Assembly (NCBI GenBank): GCA_945890485.1
Contig: CAMDCN010000004.1
Location: forward strand, 353,813 to 417,812
DNA: 64,000 bases
Direction: 5' to 3'
Source of the DNA: Candidatus Sulfopaludibacter sp. SbA3
GTDB lineage: Bacteria > Acidobacteriota > Terriglobia > Bryobacterales > Bryobacteraceae
Of the stretch, positions 1 through 9,873 are shown one piece after another. A program made the position numbers and the translations under genes. How positions within the stretch are numbered: position 1 is the first letter of the stretch; every line of letters begins with the position of its first letter. Below the pieces are notes generated by a model. It saw nothing but the letters and a program-made list of their open reading frames with translations. It did no database searches and was not told the origin of the DNA.

Positions 1-2
1 TG

Positions 3-503
3 GCATCCAGTGGCCGGAGCCTGGCGGAGGTGGCCGAAGTTACGCGAGACCGGTTTTCGGCCGAGATGGAGTTTGAAGAAGCGGCGCGGCAGCACCAGCG
101 TCTCGAAAAGATCGCCGCCACGTGGCGGCTGCGAGACGAGTTGGCGGCGACACTCAACGCAGCGCATGGGATTGCCGTGACGCCGGCGGTGGCGGGGCAG
201 TCGGTGGAGCTGCGCCTGTTGATCGCAGGCGCGTGGCAACCGCCGGAAGAGATCTCCTTGGCAGCGGAGACTGCCGCGGACAAGCCCGTGTCGTTGGACC
301 GGCGGCTCAGGGAGCGGCTGGAGCGACCGATGCCGGCGGAGCGGCCGCTGACCGAGCGGCAGGAGCACTTGGCGTTGCTGTCGCGGTGGGGGTATTCGAG
401 TTGGCGGGACGGGGAGTGGCTGCCGGTGGAGGATTGGTCGCGGGTCCCATACCGGAGGCTGGTGAATATGGTGCACCGGGTCGCGACCTCGGATCGCCCC
501 TAG
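3..503 (+). CDS. C-terminal part of a UVR-motif protein (5' end outside the window)
   Basis: The frame is open from the window edge (no stop between nt 3 and the GTG at 30). The translation contains a UvrB/UvrC-type UVR-like motif (EFEEAARQHQRLEKI). I cannot name a family for the rest. Confidence 0.4.
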   Translation, partial: ASSGRSLAEVAEVTRDRFSAEMEFEEAARQHQRLEKIAATWRLRDELAATLNAAHGIAVTPAVAGQSVELRLLIAGAWQPPEEISLAAETAADKPVSLDRRLRERLERPMPAERPLTERQEHLALLSRWGYSSWRDGEWLPVEDWSRVPYRRLVNMVHRVATSDRP

Positions 504-587
504 GCTATACCCCGTATGGAGTAGCGTACGGCAATTTCTAACTCGAATTCTCTAATCTTCTCCCACTTTTCCGCCGATATACGATTT

Positions 588-1766
588 ATGGCTTTTGCCG
601 AACTCGTTGCTCCATCCGAGGCCCAGAACGTGGACCGCATTAAGCGGAACTTTCTGGCGAGCCTGAATCACGAGTTGCGGACGCCGCTCACCGGCATTCT
701 GGGGATGCTGGATTTGCTGACGGAGACACAGTTGAGCGAAGAGCAGATGGACTACGTGAGTTCGTCGCGGTCGTGCGCCGAGCTGTTGCTCGAATCGATC
801 ACGAACGCGATTGAATACTCGTCTCTGACCAACGGCACCTCTGGGCACACGTACTCCGAGTTTCGTCCCGCGGAGATGTTGCAGGCGGCGGTCGCGGCGC
901 GTGAGCCAAAAGCGCGCAGCAAGGGATTGCACCTGAGTCTGCTGCTGGACCCTCAGTTGCCGGAGTTGGCATTGTCGGACCCCCATCGGGTGCGGCAGAT
1001 TTTGGATGTCCTGCTCTCCAATGCGATCAAGTTCACGACCGAGGGTGAGATTGAGGTGATCGCGAGCGCGGCGCCGCAGGCTGACGAGCGGATGTGGCTA
1101 AGCGTTTCTGTGCGAGATTCGGGTCCTGGCATCGCGGCCGACCAACTGCCGGATCTCTTCCACGGCGGCAAGACGGTGGAGAACCCCTTGGCGGATCCTT
1201 CCCCGGGGCTCCGTGTGGGCCTTCCGCTGGCAAAGCAGATTACCGAAGCGATGGGCGGCGCACTCCAGGTGGAGTCCTACCCTGGTCAAGGCAGTCTGTT
1301 CACCTTTACAATTCCCATCAGCGCGGCTGCCGCCGAAGAGCCTGCTCCGTTGCTGACCGAGCCGGTCGAGCCAACGTCGGCGCGCGTCTTGTTGGTCGAA
1401 GACAACTCGGTGGCGCAACGATTTATGACGACGCTGCTCGAACGGCGCGGCTATGCCGTGACGCTGGCGCCAGACGGCTTGGCGGCTCTCAATGAGGCGG
1501 CGCACAAGCAGTTTGACCTGATCCTGATGGACTTGCAGATGCCCGGCATTGATGGCATCGAGACGGCGCGGCGCCTGCGTCAGACCGAGTCGGCGGCCAC
1601 GGTTCCCATCATCGCCTGTACCGCCAACCCCTCCTCCGAAGTTCGCGCCGATTGCACCGCCGCAGGGATGAACGACTTTTTGTCGAAACCGGTGAACTCG
1701 GCCGAGCTCTTTACCGTTCTCGAACGCCATGGCGGGCTTCGGCGCGGCGCGGCGGGCAGCGCTTAG
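588..1766 (+). CDS. hybrid sensor histidine kinase/response regulator (HisKA + HATPase_c + REC, no sensor domain)
   Basis: H-box SLNHELRTPL lies near the N-terminus. N/G boxes are present (LSNAIKFT, DSGPGI, GLGLP-like). The C-terminal receiver has LLVEDN...ILMDLQMPGIDG...SKP. Confidence 0.9.
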   Translation: MAFAELVAPSEAQNVDRIKRNFLASLNHELRTPLTGILGMLDLLTETQLSEEQMDYVSSSRSCAELLLESITNAIEYSSLTNGTSGHTYSEFRPAEMLQAAVAAREPKARSKGLHLSLLLDPQLPELALSDPHRVRQILDVLLSNAIKFTTEGEIEVIASAAPQADERMWLSVSVRDSGPGIAADQLPDLFHGGKTVENPLADPSPGLRVGLPLAKQITEAMGGALQVESYPGQGSLFTFTIPISAAAAEEPAPLLTEPVEPTSARVLLVEDNSVAQRFMTTLLERRGYAVTLAPDGLAALNEAAHKQFDLILMDLQMPGIDGIETARRLRQTESAATVPIIACTANPSSEVRADCTAAGMNDFLSKPVNSAELFTVLERHGGLRRGAAGSA

Positions 1767-2230
1767 TTTTCGAGTAGTTGCTGCCGAACGGGGTAGAAGG
1801 CGTCGCGCAGGTACTCCACTTTTGTCTTCTCTCCCATCACGAGGCTAATTACATCAAAACGCACAGCCATCCCCTCCAGGGTAGCCATGCGCAAGTACTC
1901 TTCGGCCGTCCGCCCGATCAGCTTTTCCTTGGCCCGGTGAACCGCCCGCTCAGGCTCGCCCGTTTCCGCGCTCGACCGCGTCTTCACCTCGACAAACACC
2001 AGCGTTTCCCCTTCCACCGCCACCAGATCGATCTCGCCCCGGCCGCCTTTGCGGCGATAGTTGCGAGCTACGACGATCCAGCCCATATCCTGGATGAACC
2101 GCTGAGCCCAATCTTCCCCTTGCTCGGCAAGTTGCAGATGGGCAGCCAGCCCGCGACGGCGGCGGGCCGACTGGCGCTGGCGGTCCAACCAACGGCCGGC
2201 GCCAATCAAGAGCTTTCGGACGATTGCCAC
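1763..2230 (-). CDS. YraN family (UPF0102) endonuclease-like protein
   Basis: GEIDLVAVEGETLVFVEVKTRS motif is typical of the YraN/UPF0102 family; length is 155 aa. Confidence 0.8.
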   Translation of the reverse strand: MAIVRKLLIGAGRWLDRQRQSARRRRGLAAHLQLAEQGEDWAQRFIQDMGWIVVARNYRRKGGRGEIDLVAVEGETLVFVEVKTRSSAETGEPERAVHRAKEKLIGRTAEEYLRMATLEGMAVRFDVISLVMGEKTKVEYLRDAFYPVRQQLLEN

Positions 2231-2231
2231 G

Positions 2232-3146
2232 TCAGCTAGTGGCGGCGTCCTCCAATTCCTCTCGCTGATTTTCGCGGCCCTTCACCACTTCCAAAAAAGC
2301 CCTTGCGGCGTGCGACAGCGCCCGCCGGGCGGGATAGACCAAATGCACCTTTCGGGCCACGGTCAATTCCTCGACGCGCACTTCCCGAAGCTGTCCCCGC
2401 TCAATTTCAGCGTCTACACACATCTTCGGAAGGAAGGCGACCCCTTCGTTCCGCTGCACCAACTGGCGAATCGTCTCGACAGTGGGCATCTCGACGTCCA
2501 TATTCAGCGGCACACGGTGGCGCTGGAACTCACGCAAAACCACCTCCCGATAGGGAGAAAGCACGTTGTGGGCGATGAATGTCTCCATGCCCAGCTCCGT
2601 GATCGAAACGCTCGAACGCTCGGCAAGCCGGTGATCCGGGCTTACTACGAACGCCAGATGGTCGGTGAAGATCACCTGAGCCTGCAGCCGGTCATCCTGC
2701 GGATCAAAAGAGATGACGCCAAGTTCCAGTTCACCGTCGATGAGTTGGCTGGGAATCTTACTCGACAAACTCCGGCGGACCCGCACCTTCACTTTGGGAT
2801 AGAGGCGGCGATATCGCACAATGTGCTGCAGCAAATAAAGACTGGTCGATTCGTTGGCGCCAACAATCAGAACCCCGGCCGAGTTATCCCGCATTTCCGC
2901 CAAGGCGGTATTCATCTCGAGCGCGAGGTGTTCGAACCGCCGCGCAAAGTCAAAAGCGATTTTGCCAGCATCGGTGAGAAGGAGTTCCTTGCCCGACCGA
3001 TCGATCAGCTTTTCGCCGAGCTCATGCTCCAGGCGCTGCACAGCGAGCGAAACGGCAGGCTGGGTGCGAAGCAGTTTCTCGGCGGCCCGGGAAAAGCTCT
3101 TCTCGTTGGCGACGGTCTGGAATACACGAAGTGAGTACAGTTCCAT
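2232..3146 (-). CDS. LysR family transcriptional regulator
   Basis: N-terminal wHTH (LRVFQTVANEKSFSRAAEKLLRTQPAVSLAVQRLE) plus a LysR substrate-binding domain. It is divergent from the leu operon. Confidence 0.9.
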   Translation of the reverse strand: MELYSLRVFQTVANEKSFSRAAEKLLRTQPAVSLAVQRLEHELGEKLIDRSGKELLLTDAGKIAFDFARRFEHLALEMNTALAEMRDNSAGVLIVGANESTSLYLLQHIVRYRRLYPKVKVRVRRSLSSKIPSQLIDGELELGVISFDPQDDRLQAQVIFTDHLAFVVSPDHRLAERSSVSITELGMETFIAHNVLSPYREVVLREFQRHRVPLNMDVEMPTVETIRQLVQRNEGVAFLPKMCVDAEIERGQLREVRVEELTVARKVHLVYPARRALSHAARAFLEVVKGRENQREELEDAATS

Positions 3147-3151
3147 CGGTA

Positions 3152-3163
3152 GATAAACTTATC
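3152..3163. promoter_or_regulatory. inverted repeat GATAA-N2-TTATC in the LysR/leuA divergent region (possible LysR box)
   Basis: Palindrome gataaacttatc read directly, 6 nt upstream of the LysR start codon. A further TTATC copy follows at about 3184. Its function is inferred only. Confidence 0.2.
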
Positions 3164-3262
3164 CTATCGCATTACTCGCGCTTATCGAACACGCCAAGAG
3201 AATAAATTTGCTAAATTGCCAATCCGATGCAAGAATCGAATATTGACTGAGGTCATTAACCA

Positions 3263-4441
3263 ATGAATCAGCGAATTCAAATATTCGACACGACCCTGCG
3301 GGACGGCGAACAGTCTCCCGGCTGCTCGATGACGGTACCAGAAAAGATGAAGATGGCGGCCAAGCTCGTCGAGCTTGGTGTTGACATCATGGAGGCGGGT
3401 TTCCCGATTGCCAGTCATGGCGATTTTGAGGCCGTAGACGCGATCAGCCGGGAGTTTGGCGATCGTGGCGTGACGATTGCGGCGCTAGCCCGGTCGACCT
3501 CCAAGGATGTGGAGCGAGCGGGCGAGGCGTTGAAACACGCCAAGCGTTCCCGCATCCATACATTTATCGCCACGAGCGACATCCACCTTCAATACAAGTT
3601 GAAGAAGTCTCGCGAGCAGGTGCTCGAAGAGGCTGTCAAGGCTGTTGAGTTGGCTCGTACGTTCACGGATGACGTGGAATTCTCGGCCGAAGATGCGAGC
3701 CGTACGGATCCGGAATACCTCGAACAGGTTTCGCGGGCCGTCGTCGCCGCCGGGGCCAGCACGGTGAACCTGCCAGATACGGTGGGCTTTTCCATCCCGA
3801 CGGAATACGCGGCCTTCATTCGAAAAGTGGTGCAGGCCATCGGCGACAAGGCGATTGTCTCAGTCCACTGCCACGACGATCTGGGCTTGGCGGTCGCCAA
3901 CTCCCTGGCAGCGGTGGAGGCCGGGGCGCGGCAGATTGAGTGCACCATGAATGGCATCGGCGAGCGCGCCGGCAACTGTTCGCTCGAAGAGATCGTGATG
4001 ATCTTTAAAACGCGGCAGGCGGTGTTGCCGTATGAGACGCGGATCAACACGGAACACTTGTTCAGCGCCAGCCAGTTGCTGACGTCGATCATCACGTTTG
4101 GCCCGCAACCGAACAAAGCTATTGTGGGCGACAACGCGTTTGCACACGAAGCGGGCATCCACCAGGACGGCTACCTGAAGAACAAGTCGACCTATGAGAT
4201 CATCGACCCCAAAAGCGTCGGCGTGCCCGAGGGCAAACTGGTTCTCGGCAAACACTCCGGGCGTCATGCGCTGGCGGACCGGTGTCGCGAGCTCGGCTTC
4301 ACCGAGTTCACCAAGGAAGAGATCGACGTTCTCTATCAGGGGTTCACGGCGTTGGCGGATCGCGTAAAGGGCGTTCGCAACGACCAGATTCTCGCGCTGT
4401 GTAAAGAAATTATGGCGAAGCGCGCGCCGGTATCGGCTTAA
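3263..4441 (+). CDS. leuA: 2-isopropylmalate synthase-type enzyme, short form lacking the C-terminal regulatory domain
   Basis: N-terminus [18 protein letters not shown] and [17 protein letters not shown] motifs match the LeuA/HMGL-like catalytic barrel. It is first in a leuB-leuC-leuD string. Length is only 392 aa. Confidence 0.8.
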   Translation: MNQRIQIFDTTLRDGEQSPGCSMTVPEKMKMAAKLVELGVDIMEAGFPIASHGDFEAVDAISREFGDRGVTIAALARSTSKDVERAGEALKHAKRSRIHTFIATSDIHLQYKLKKSREQVLEEAVKAVELARTFTDDVEFSAEDASRTDPEYLEQVSRAVVAAGASTVNLPDTVGFSIPTEYAAFIRKVVQAIGDKAIVSVHCHDDLGLAVANSLAAVEAGARQIECTMNGIGERAGNCSLEEIVMIFKTRQAVLPYETRINTEHLFSASQLLTSIITFGPQPNKAIVGDNAFAHEAGIHQDGYLKNKSTYEIIDPKSVGVPEGKLVLGKHSGRHALADRCRELGFTEFTKEEIDVLYQGFTALADRVKGVRNDQILALCKEIMAKRAPVSA

Positions 4442-4447
4442 ACAGAC

Positions 4448-5533
4448 ATGCAACTGAATGTATTGATTCTCCCCGGCGACGGCATCGGGGTCGAGGTAAC
4501 TCGGGAAGCCGTTCGCGTATTGGAAAAGGTGTGCTCGACTTTCGGCCACACCTTGAAGCTGACTGAGGGTCTGCTGGGTGGTATCGCCATCCATAAGACG
4601 GGCACCCCGTTTCCGGACGAGACGGCGAAGCTGGCGGTCGAGGCGGACGCGACGCTGATGGGCGCCGTGGGCCTGCCGGAATTCGACAACGCCCCGCCCG
4701 AGCAGCGCCCCGAGAAGGGACTCCTCGGCATTCGTAAGGTGCTGGGCGTCTATGCCAACCTCCGGCCGGTGAAGGCGTATCCGGCCCTGATTGAAAGCAG
4801 CCCGCTCAAGAACCACCTGGTGGAAGGCACGGACATGATCATTGTCCGGGAGCTGAACGGCGGGATCTACTACGGCACGCCACGTGGCATCGAAGGTTCC
4901 GGCGACACGGAGCGCGGCACCAACACGATGACTTACACCCGCGCCGAGATCGCTCGAATCACGCGGATGGCGTTTGGCCTGGCGCGGAATCGGCGGAAAA
5001 AGCTGGCGAGCGTGGACAAGTCCAACGTGCTCGAAACCTCGCAGTTGTGGCGCAAAGTGGTGAACGAGATCGCCCCCGAGTTCCCCGACGTCGAACTCGA
5101 ACACATCCTGGTCGACAACGCCGCCATGCAGCTCGTACTGAACCCGAAGCGGTTTGACGTTCTCGTAATGGAAAACATGTTCGGCGACATTCTGAGCGAC
5201 GAGGGCGCAGTGCTGGCCGGGTCGATCGGCATGTTGCCTTCGGCTTCGATTGGCGATCAGCGGCCATCGGGCGCGTGGGTCGGTTTGTACGAACCGGTAC
5301 ACGGTTCGGCGCCAGACATCGCGGGGCAAAACAAAGCCAATCCGCTGGGCGCCATCGGCTCGGTGGCCGCGATGCTTGAGTATTCGTTTGGCTTGATGAA
5401 GGAAGCCGCGGCAGTGAACGCGGCCATTGAGTCTGTGTTGAACTCCGGCCGGACGACGGCCGACCTGAAGCCGAAAGGCACCCCCGCCACGACGACGGAA
5501 GTAGGAGAAGCGGTAGCCAATGCCATCCAATAA
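4448..5533 (+). CDS. leuB: 3-isopropylmalate dehydrogenase
   Basis: LPGDGIG, NLRP and [10 protein letters not shown] motifs of the isocitrate/isopropylmalate dehydrogenase family, in a leu operon context. Confidence 0.93.
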   Translation: MQLNVLILPGDGIGVEVTREAVRVLEKVCSTFGHTLKLTEGLLGGIAIHKTGTPFPDETAKLAVEADATLMGAVGLPEFDNAPPEQRPEKGLLGIRKVLGVYANLRPVKAYPALIESSPLKNHLVEGTDMIIVRELNGGIYYGTPRGIEGSGDTERGTNTMTYTRAEIARITRMAFGLARNRRKKLASVDKSNVLETSQLWRKVVNEIAPEFPDVELEHILVDNAAMQLVLNPKRFDVLVMENMFGDILSDEGAVLAGSIGMLPSASIGDQRPSGAWVGLYEPVHGSAPDIAGQNKANPLGAIGSVAAMLEYSFGLMKEAAAVNAAIESVLNSGRTTADLKPKGTPATTTEVGEAVANAIQ

Positions 5534-6929
5534 GCCCCGTACGATTATCGAGAAGGTTTGGGACAACCACATTGTGGCGCAGCGCGAAGGCGCTCCGGCC
5601 GTGTTGTTCATTGATCTCCACCTGGTGCATGAAGTCACCTCGCCACAGGCGTTTTCGGGTCTCCGCGAACGCGGCGTGAAAGTGCGGCGCCCGGACCTGA
5701 CGTTTGCGACGGTCGACCATTCGACCCCGACGACGCCCCGGAACCTGCCGATCGTCGATCAGATTGCGGCCACGCAGGTGGCGCAGCTTGAAAAGAACGC
5801 AACCGAGTTTGGGATTCCTTACTTCGGGTTCCAGAACCTGAACCAGGGCATCGTCCACGTCATCGGACCGGAACAGGGTTTGACGCAGCCGGGCATGACG
5901 GTCGTCTGCGGCGACAGCCACACGGCGACGCACGGCGCGTTTGGCGCGCTGGCCTTCGGCATCGGCACTAGTGAAGTGGAGATGGTGCTGGCGACGCAGT
6001 GCTTGCTGCAGCGGCCCTCGAAGACGTTTGAAGTGAAAGTGGAAGGAACGCTGAAACCCGGCGTCTCGGCCAAGGACATCATTCTTGCGCTGTGCGCCAA
6101 GATTGGCATCGGCGGCGGGACGGGTTGCGTGTTTGAGTTCACCGGTTCGGCGATCCGGGCACTTTCGATGGAAGAGCGGATGACCGTCTGCAACATGTCG
6201 ATTGAAGCCGGCGCGCGCGCCGGGCTGATCGCTCCGGACGAGAAGACCTACGAGTACATCAAAGGCCGCAAGTTCGCCCCGAAGGGCGAAGAGTGGGACA
6301 AGGCTGTCGCGTTCTGGAAGACGCTCCCGACCGACGAAGGAGCGACGTACGACTACACCGTGAGCATCGACGCCGACGCGCTTGAACCGATGATCACCTT
6401 CGGAACAAACCCAGGCATGGGTATGGCGATTTCGGGTGCGGTGCCGGACCCGGCTTCGCAGAGCGATCCACTGGAACGCGAGTCGCTGCGGAAGGCGCTG
6501 CAATATATGAATCTGCAGGCTGGCCAGCCGATCGCCGGGCAGAAGATCGACGTCGTGTTTATCGGTTCCTGCACGAACTCCCGCATGACCGACCTGCGGG
6601 CGGCGGCGAGCGTGTTGAAGGGCCGCAAGGTGAGCCCGAGCGTTCGCGTGATGGTGGTGCCGGGTTCGCAGGAGATCAAACGGCAGGCCGAGGCCGAAGG
6701 GCTCGACCAAGTGTTCCGCGACGCGGGCGCCGAGTGGCGCGAGGCCGGTTGTTCGATGTGCATCGCGATGAACGGCGATCAGCTTTCACCGGGCCAATAT
6801 AGTGTGTCGACTTCAAACCGGAACTTCGAAGGCCGTCAGGGCAAGGGTGGACGGACGTTCCTCGCGAGCCCGTTGACTGCGGCGGCGAGTGCCGTGACCG
6901 GGGTGGTAACCGACGTGAGGAGCCTATAA
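5520..6929 (+). CDS. leuC: 3-isopropylmalate dehydratase large subunit
   Basis: Aconitase-family motifs ([26 protein letters not shown]), 469 aa. It overlaps the leuB end. Confidence 0.95.
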   Translation: MPSNKPRTIIEKVWDNHIVAQREGAPAVLFIDLHLVHEVTSPQAFSGLRERGVKVRRPDLTFATVDHSTPTTPRNLPIVDQIAATQVAQLEKNATEFGIPYFGFQNLNQGIVHVIGPEQGLTQPGMTVVCGDSHTATHGAFGALAFGIGTSEVEMVLATQCLLQRPSKTFEVKVEGTLKPGVSAKDIILALCAKIGIGGGTGCVFEFTGSAIRALSMEERMTVCNMSIEAGARAGLIAPDEKTYEYIKGRKFAPKGEEWDKAVAFWKTLPTDEGATYDYTVSIDADALEPMITFGTNPGMGMAISGAVPDPASQSDPLERESLRKALQYMNLQAGQPIAGQKIDVVFIGSCTNSRMTDLRAAASVLKGRKVSPSVRVMVVPGSQEIKRQAEAEGLDQVFRDAGAEWREAGCSMCIAMNGDQLSPGQYSVSTSNRNFEGRQGKGGRTFLASPLTAAASAVTGVVTDVRSL

Positions 6930-6931
6930 CC

Positions 6932-7528
6932 ATGCAGATCCAATCGACGGTGGCAGTGCTGCCGAACGACAATATCGATACCGACCAGATCATTCCGGCG
7001 CGGTTCTTGAAGACGATTTCGAAGGAAGGCCTGGGCGATCAGTTGTTCTGCGACTGGCGCTACAACGCCGATGGTTCGCCGAAGGCGGATTTCGTGCTGA
7101 ACACGCCGGCAGCGAAAGCTTCGAAGGTGCTGTTGGCCGGAGACAACTTCGGCTGCGGATCGAGCCGGGAGCACGCTCCGTGGGCGTTGACCCAGTACGG
7201 ATTCCAGGCGGTTTTGTCGACGAGCTTTGCCGACATCTTTAAGCAAAACTCGTTGAAGAACCGGCTGCTGCCGATCGTGATGCCGAAGGACGCGCATGCA
7301 GCGTTGTTTGTGGCGCTGGAGAAAGATCCGGCGTTGCAGGTGACGATTGACCTGCCGGCACAGACGTTGAGCTGGCCGGGTGGACCGGCAGTGGAGTTCC
7401 CGATCGACGCCTTTGCCAAGGATTGTTTGCTTGAGGGCGTCGATGAAATCGGCTACGTGTTGAAACAGGATTCGGCGATTACGGCGTTTGAAGCACAGCG
7501 TTCGATTTCTTTGAACACATTAGCGTGA
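6932..7528 (+). CDS. leuD: 3-isopropylmalate dehydratase small subunit
   Basis: Aconitase swivel domain (DNIDTDQIIPARFL, NFGCGSSREHAPWAL), 198 aa. Confidence 0.95.
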   Translation: MQIQSTVAVLPNDNIDTDQIIPARFLKTISKEGLGDQLFCDWRYNADGSPKADFVLNTPAAKASKVLLAGDNFGCGSSREHAPWALTQYGFQAVLSTSFADIFKQNSLKNRLLPIVMPKDAHAALFVALEKDPALQVTIDLPAQTLSWPGGPAVEFPIDAFAKDCLLEGVDEIGYVLKQDSAITAFEAQRSISLNTLA

Positions 7529-7618
7529 GAATTTTTCGGGGTGGTGCGCACTAGAGTATTGTGAGGCGGCGCAGGACGCGCTTAGTCCACGACTCCATTC
7601 CATTCCGAAGTATTGACA

Positions 7619-7648
7619 GGCCCGGCTCCCTCGCCGGGCCTTGTTTTA
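7619..7648 (+). terminator. intrinsic terminator downstream of the leu operon
   Basis: Perfect 8-bp GC stem GGCCCGGC/GCCGGGCC with a 6-nt loop, followed by TTGTTTTAT. Confidence 0.75.
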
Positions 7649-7687
7649 TCTGGAGTGGCGATCGCGGCGCTCGGCACTGCTTAGAGA

Positions 7688-8188
7688 ATGGCCGATGATT
7701 CTGTAATCGTTTTGAGCGCAGTGGAGCGCAGGATTCGGACAATTCGAGGGGAGCAGGTGATGCTGGACTCGGCCTTGGCGGAGTTGTATGAGGTGGAAAC
7801 GAAGGCGTTGGTACGAGCCGTCAAGAGGAACGCTGAGCGGTTTCCTGCCGACTTCATGTTCCAATTGAGCGAGCCCGAGTGGCAGGCCTTGAGGTGCCAG
7901 CTTGGCACCTCAAGTTACGGCGGCCGCCGCTACCGTCCTTATGTCTTCACCGAGCAGGGAGTTGCGATGCTGTCGTCGGTGCTGAGCAGCACGCGTGCGG
8001 TGCAGGTGAACATCGCCATCATGCGCGCCTTCGTTCAACTGCGCCAGATGGCGGGCAACCACAAGGACCTGCTGCGCAAGGTGAACGAGATGGAGCGGAA
8101 GTATGATGATCAGTTCAAGGTCGTTTTTTCGGCCATTAAGCGGCTAATGGAGCCACCGCCATCGGCGAAGAAGAAGATCGGCTTCTGA
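7688..8188 (+). CDS. ORF6N domain-containing protein (KilA-N-related DNA-binding domain)
   Basis: [46 protein letters not shown]...[13 protein letters not shown] is the typical ORF6N signature. Confidence 0.8.
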   Translation: MADDSVIVLSAVERRIRTIRGEQVMLDSALAELYEVETKALVRAVKRNAERFPADFMFQLSEPEWQALRCQLGTSSYGGRRYRPYVFTEQGVAMLSSVLSSTRAVQVNIAIMRAFVQLRQMAGNHKDLLRKVNEMERKYDDQFKVVFSAIKRLMEPPPSAKKKIGF

Positions 8189-8212
8189 GCGGCGATCCGC
8201 TACGCTGAACTT

Positions 8213-8665
8213 ATGCTTCTGCCCTTGATCGGTGGCGTTGTGGGATTAGTACTGATCAGTCCGCTCATCCTAGCGAGCTGGTTTCTGCTGCCCCGCCGTT
8301 GGATGTTGGCGTGGCCCTATTGGTTCGCCATCCTGTTTCTTTACTGGATCAGTACCCCAGGGGATTATTGGGTGATCGAACTTCCGCGGGGGATGCGGGT
8401 GGTGATGGTCGATACGATGGACCGGGGCACACTCGAAGGGCCGAACGGATTTTCCGTCGAAGTGACGAAGATCGGCGTGGTAGAAGACCGGGTGATCTAC
8501 CGCGAAGGAGAGGGCAAGTTGGAACCGCTCGCGACGGTCTATGCGCGCCAACAGACCTGGTGGCCAGAGGCGATCTGCGCCTTACTGGCCTTGGCTCCGT
8601 TCGTACTCTACGCGAAGAACCGGCCGATAGCCCCGCGCGTCCTCTCGATATCCTCTTCCGTGTGA
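8213..8665 (+). CDS. hypothetical membrane protein
   Basis: ORF with two N-terminal and one C-terminal hydrophobic helices. It follows ORF6N by 24 nt, and its last 58 nt overlap the convergent hemL 3' end. No family recognised. Confidence 0.4.
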   Translation: MLLPLIGGVVGLVLISPLILASWFLLPRRWMLAWPYWFAILFLYWISTPGDYWVIELPRGMRVVMVDTMDRGTLEGPNGFSVEVTKIGVVEDRVIYREGEGKLEPLATVYARQQTWWPEAICALLALAPFVLYAKNRPIAPRVLSISSSV

Positions 8666-9867
8666 GCGGTGCTGACGAATCCGGCCTCATATTGACTCGG
8701 GGCGAAGTAGACGCCCTCGCTTAACAGGTGATGGAAGAACTTACCAAAGCGGGCCGTGTCCGAGGTCTTCGCCGTCTCATAGTCCACCACCGGCGTCTCG
8801 GTGAAGAACATCGTGAACATGCTACCCACCCGGTTCACCGTAACCCCGGGCGGCGGAGCTTCGCACAGGCGGGCCGTGATCTTTTCGAGATACGGATAGA
8901 TCTCCGGGTGCGTCTTGATGTGCCGCAGCATCGCCAACCCGGCGCTGACCGCCAGCGGATTCCCGCTCAACGTCCCCGCCTGATAGATCGGACCCACCGG
9001 CGCCACCTTGCTCATCACGTCGCGCCGTCCGCCGTAGGCCCCAATCGGCAGACCACCGCCGATCACCTTGCCAAACGTCGACAGGTCCGGCCGGATGCCG
9101 AACAACTCCTGCGCGCCGCCGCGGGCGAGGCGGAAGCCGGTCATCACCTCGTCAAAAATCAGTAGGGCGCCGTGCTTCTGCGTCAGCATCTGCAGGGCCT
9201 TCAGGAATTCGGGCGTCGGGATCACGCAGCCCATGTTGCCGACAACAGGCTCCAGGATGACGGCGGCGATCTGGTCGCCGCGTTCTGCGAAAGCCACTTC
9301 CAGCGCCTCCACCGAGTTGTACGGCAGGGCGATCGTCGTGTCGGAGAAACCCTTTGGTACGCCTTGCGTATCGGCGATGCCCAACGTCGCCATGCCGCTG
9401 CCGGCTTTCACGAGCAGGCTATCGACGTGGCCGTGGTAGCAGCCTTCGAACTTGATGGTCAGGTCACGACCGGTGAAGCCGCGAGCGACGCGGAGCGCCG
9501 ACATCGTCGCCTCCGTACCCGAGCTGACGAGCCGCAGCATCTCCATGCTCGGCACGGCGTCGATGATCTCTTCCGCCAGTTCGAGCTCCAGCTCCGTGGG
9601 CGCGCCGAAGGAGGTGCCGATGGTCAGCGCCTTCTCGACGGCGGCCAGAATATCGGGATGGCGGTGACCGATCAGCATGGGTCCCCAGGATCCGATGTAG
9701 TCGATGAACTCGTTGCCGTCAACGTCAAACATGCGCGCGCCCTGGGCGCGGGCAATGAAGCGGGGGGTGCCGCCGACGCTGCGGAAGGCGCGGACGGGCG
9801 AGTTGACGCCGCCGGGAATCAGGTGTTGGCCGCGGGCGAGCAGGGCCTCGGAACGGGTGGTAGACAT
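8608..9867 (-). CDS. hemL: glutamate-1-semialdehyde 2,1-aminomutase
   Basis: Full-length match to the HemL pattern ([10 protein letters not shown], class III aminotransferase, [10 protein letters not shown] in TFGKVIGGG). Confidence 0.95.
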   Translation of the reverse strand: MSTTRSEALLARGQHLIPGGVNSPVRAFRSVGGTPRFIARAQGARMFDVDGNEFIDYIGSWGPMLIGHRHPDILAAVEKALTIGTSFGAPTELELELAEEIIDAVPSMEMLRLVSSGTEATMSALRVARGFTGRDLTIKFEGCYHGHVDSLLVKAGSGMATLGIADTQGVPKGFSDTTIALPYNSVEALEVAFAERGDQIAAVILEPVVGNMGCVIPTPEFLKALQMLTQKHGALLIFDEVMTGFRLARGGAQELFGIRPDLSTFGKVIGGGLPIGAYGGRRDVMSKVAPVGPIYQAGTLSGNPLAVSAGLAMLRHIKTHPEIYPYLEKITARLCEAPPPGVTVNRVGSMFTMFFTETPVVDYETAKTSDTARFGKFFHHLLSEGVYFAPSQYEAGFVSTAHTEEDIERTRGAIGRFFA

Positions 9868-9873
9868 AAAAAT

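Noticed and set aside
3147-3262. Leu-rich leader peptide or attenuator in front of the leu operon, by analogy to the aromatic attenuator.
   Set aside because: The only uORF (MQESNID) has no Leu codons, and no terminator-like hairpin with a U-tract is present.
3860-6710. Very long minus-strand ORFs (3860-5638, 592 aa; 4959-6710, 583 aa) opposite leuA/leuB/leuC. Similar long ORFs occur at 9172-10317, 21750-22955, 22873-24123, 41193-42755 and 56429-57385 (5' part).
   Set aside because: These are Arg/Ala/Gly/Pro-rich, low-complexity translations lying exactly antisense or out of frame to genes with unmistakable family motifs. Such shadow ORFs are typical of high-GC DNA.
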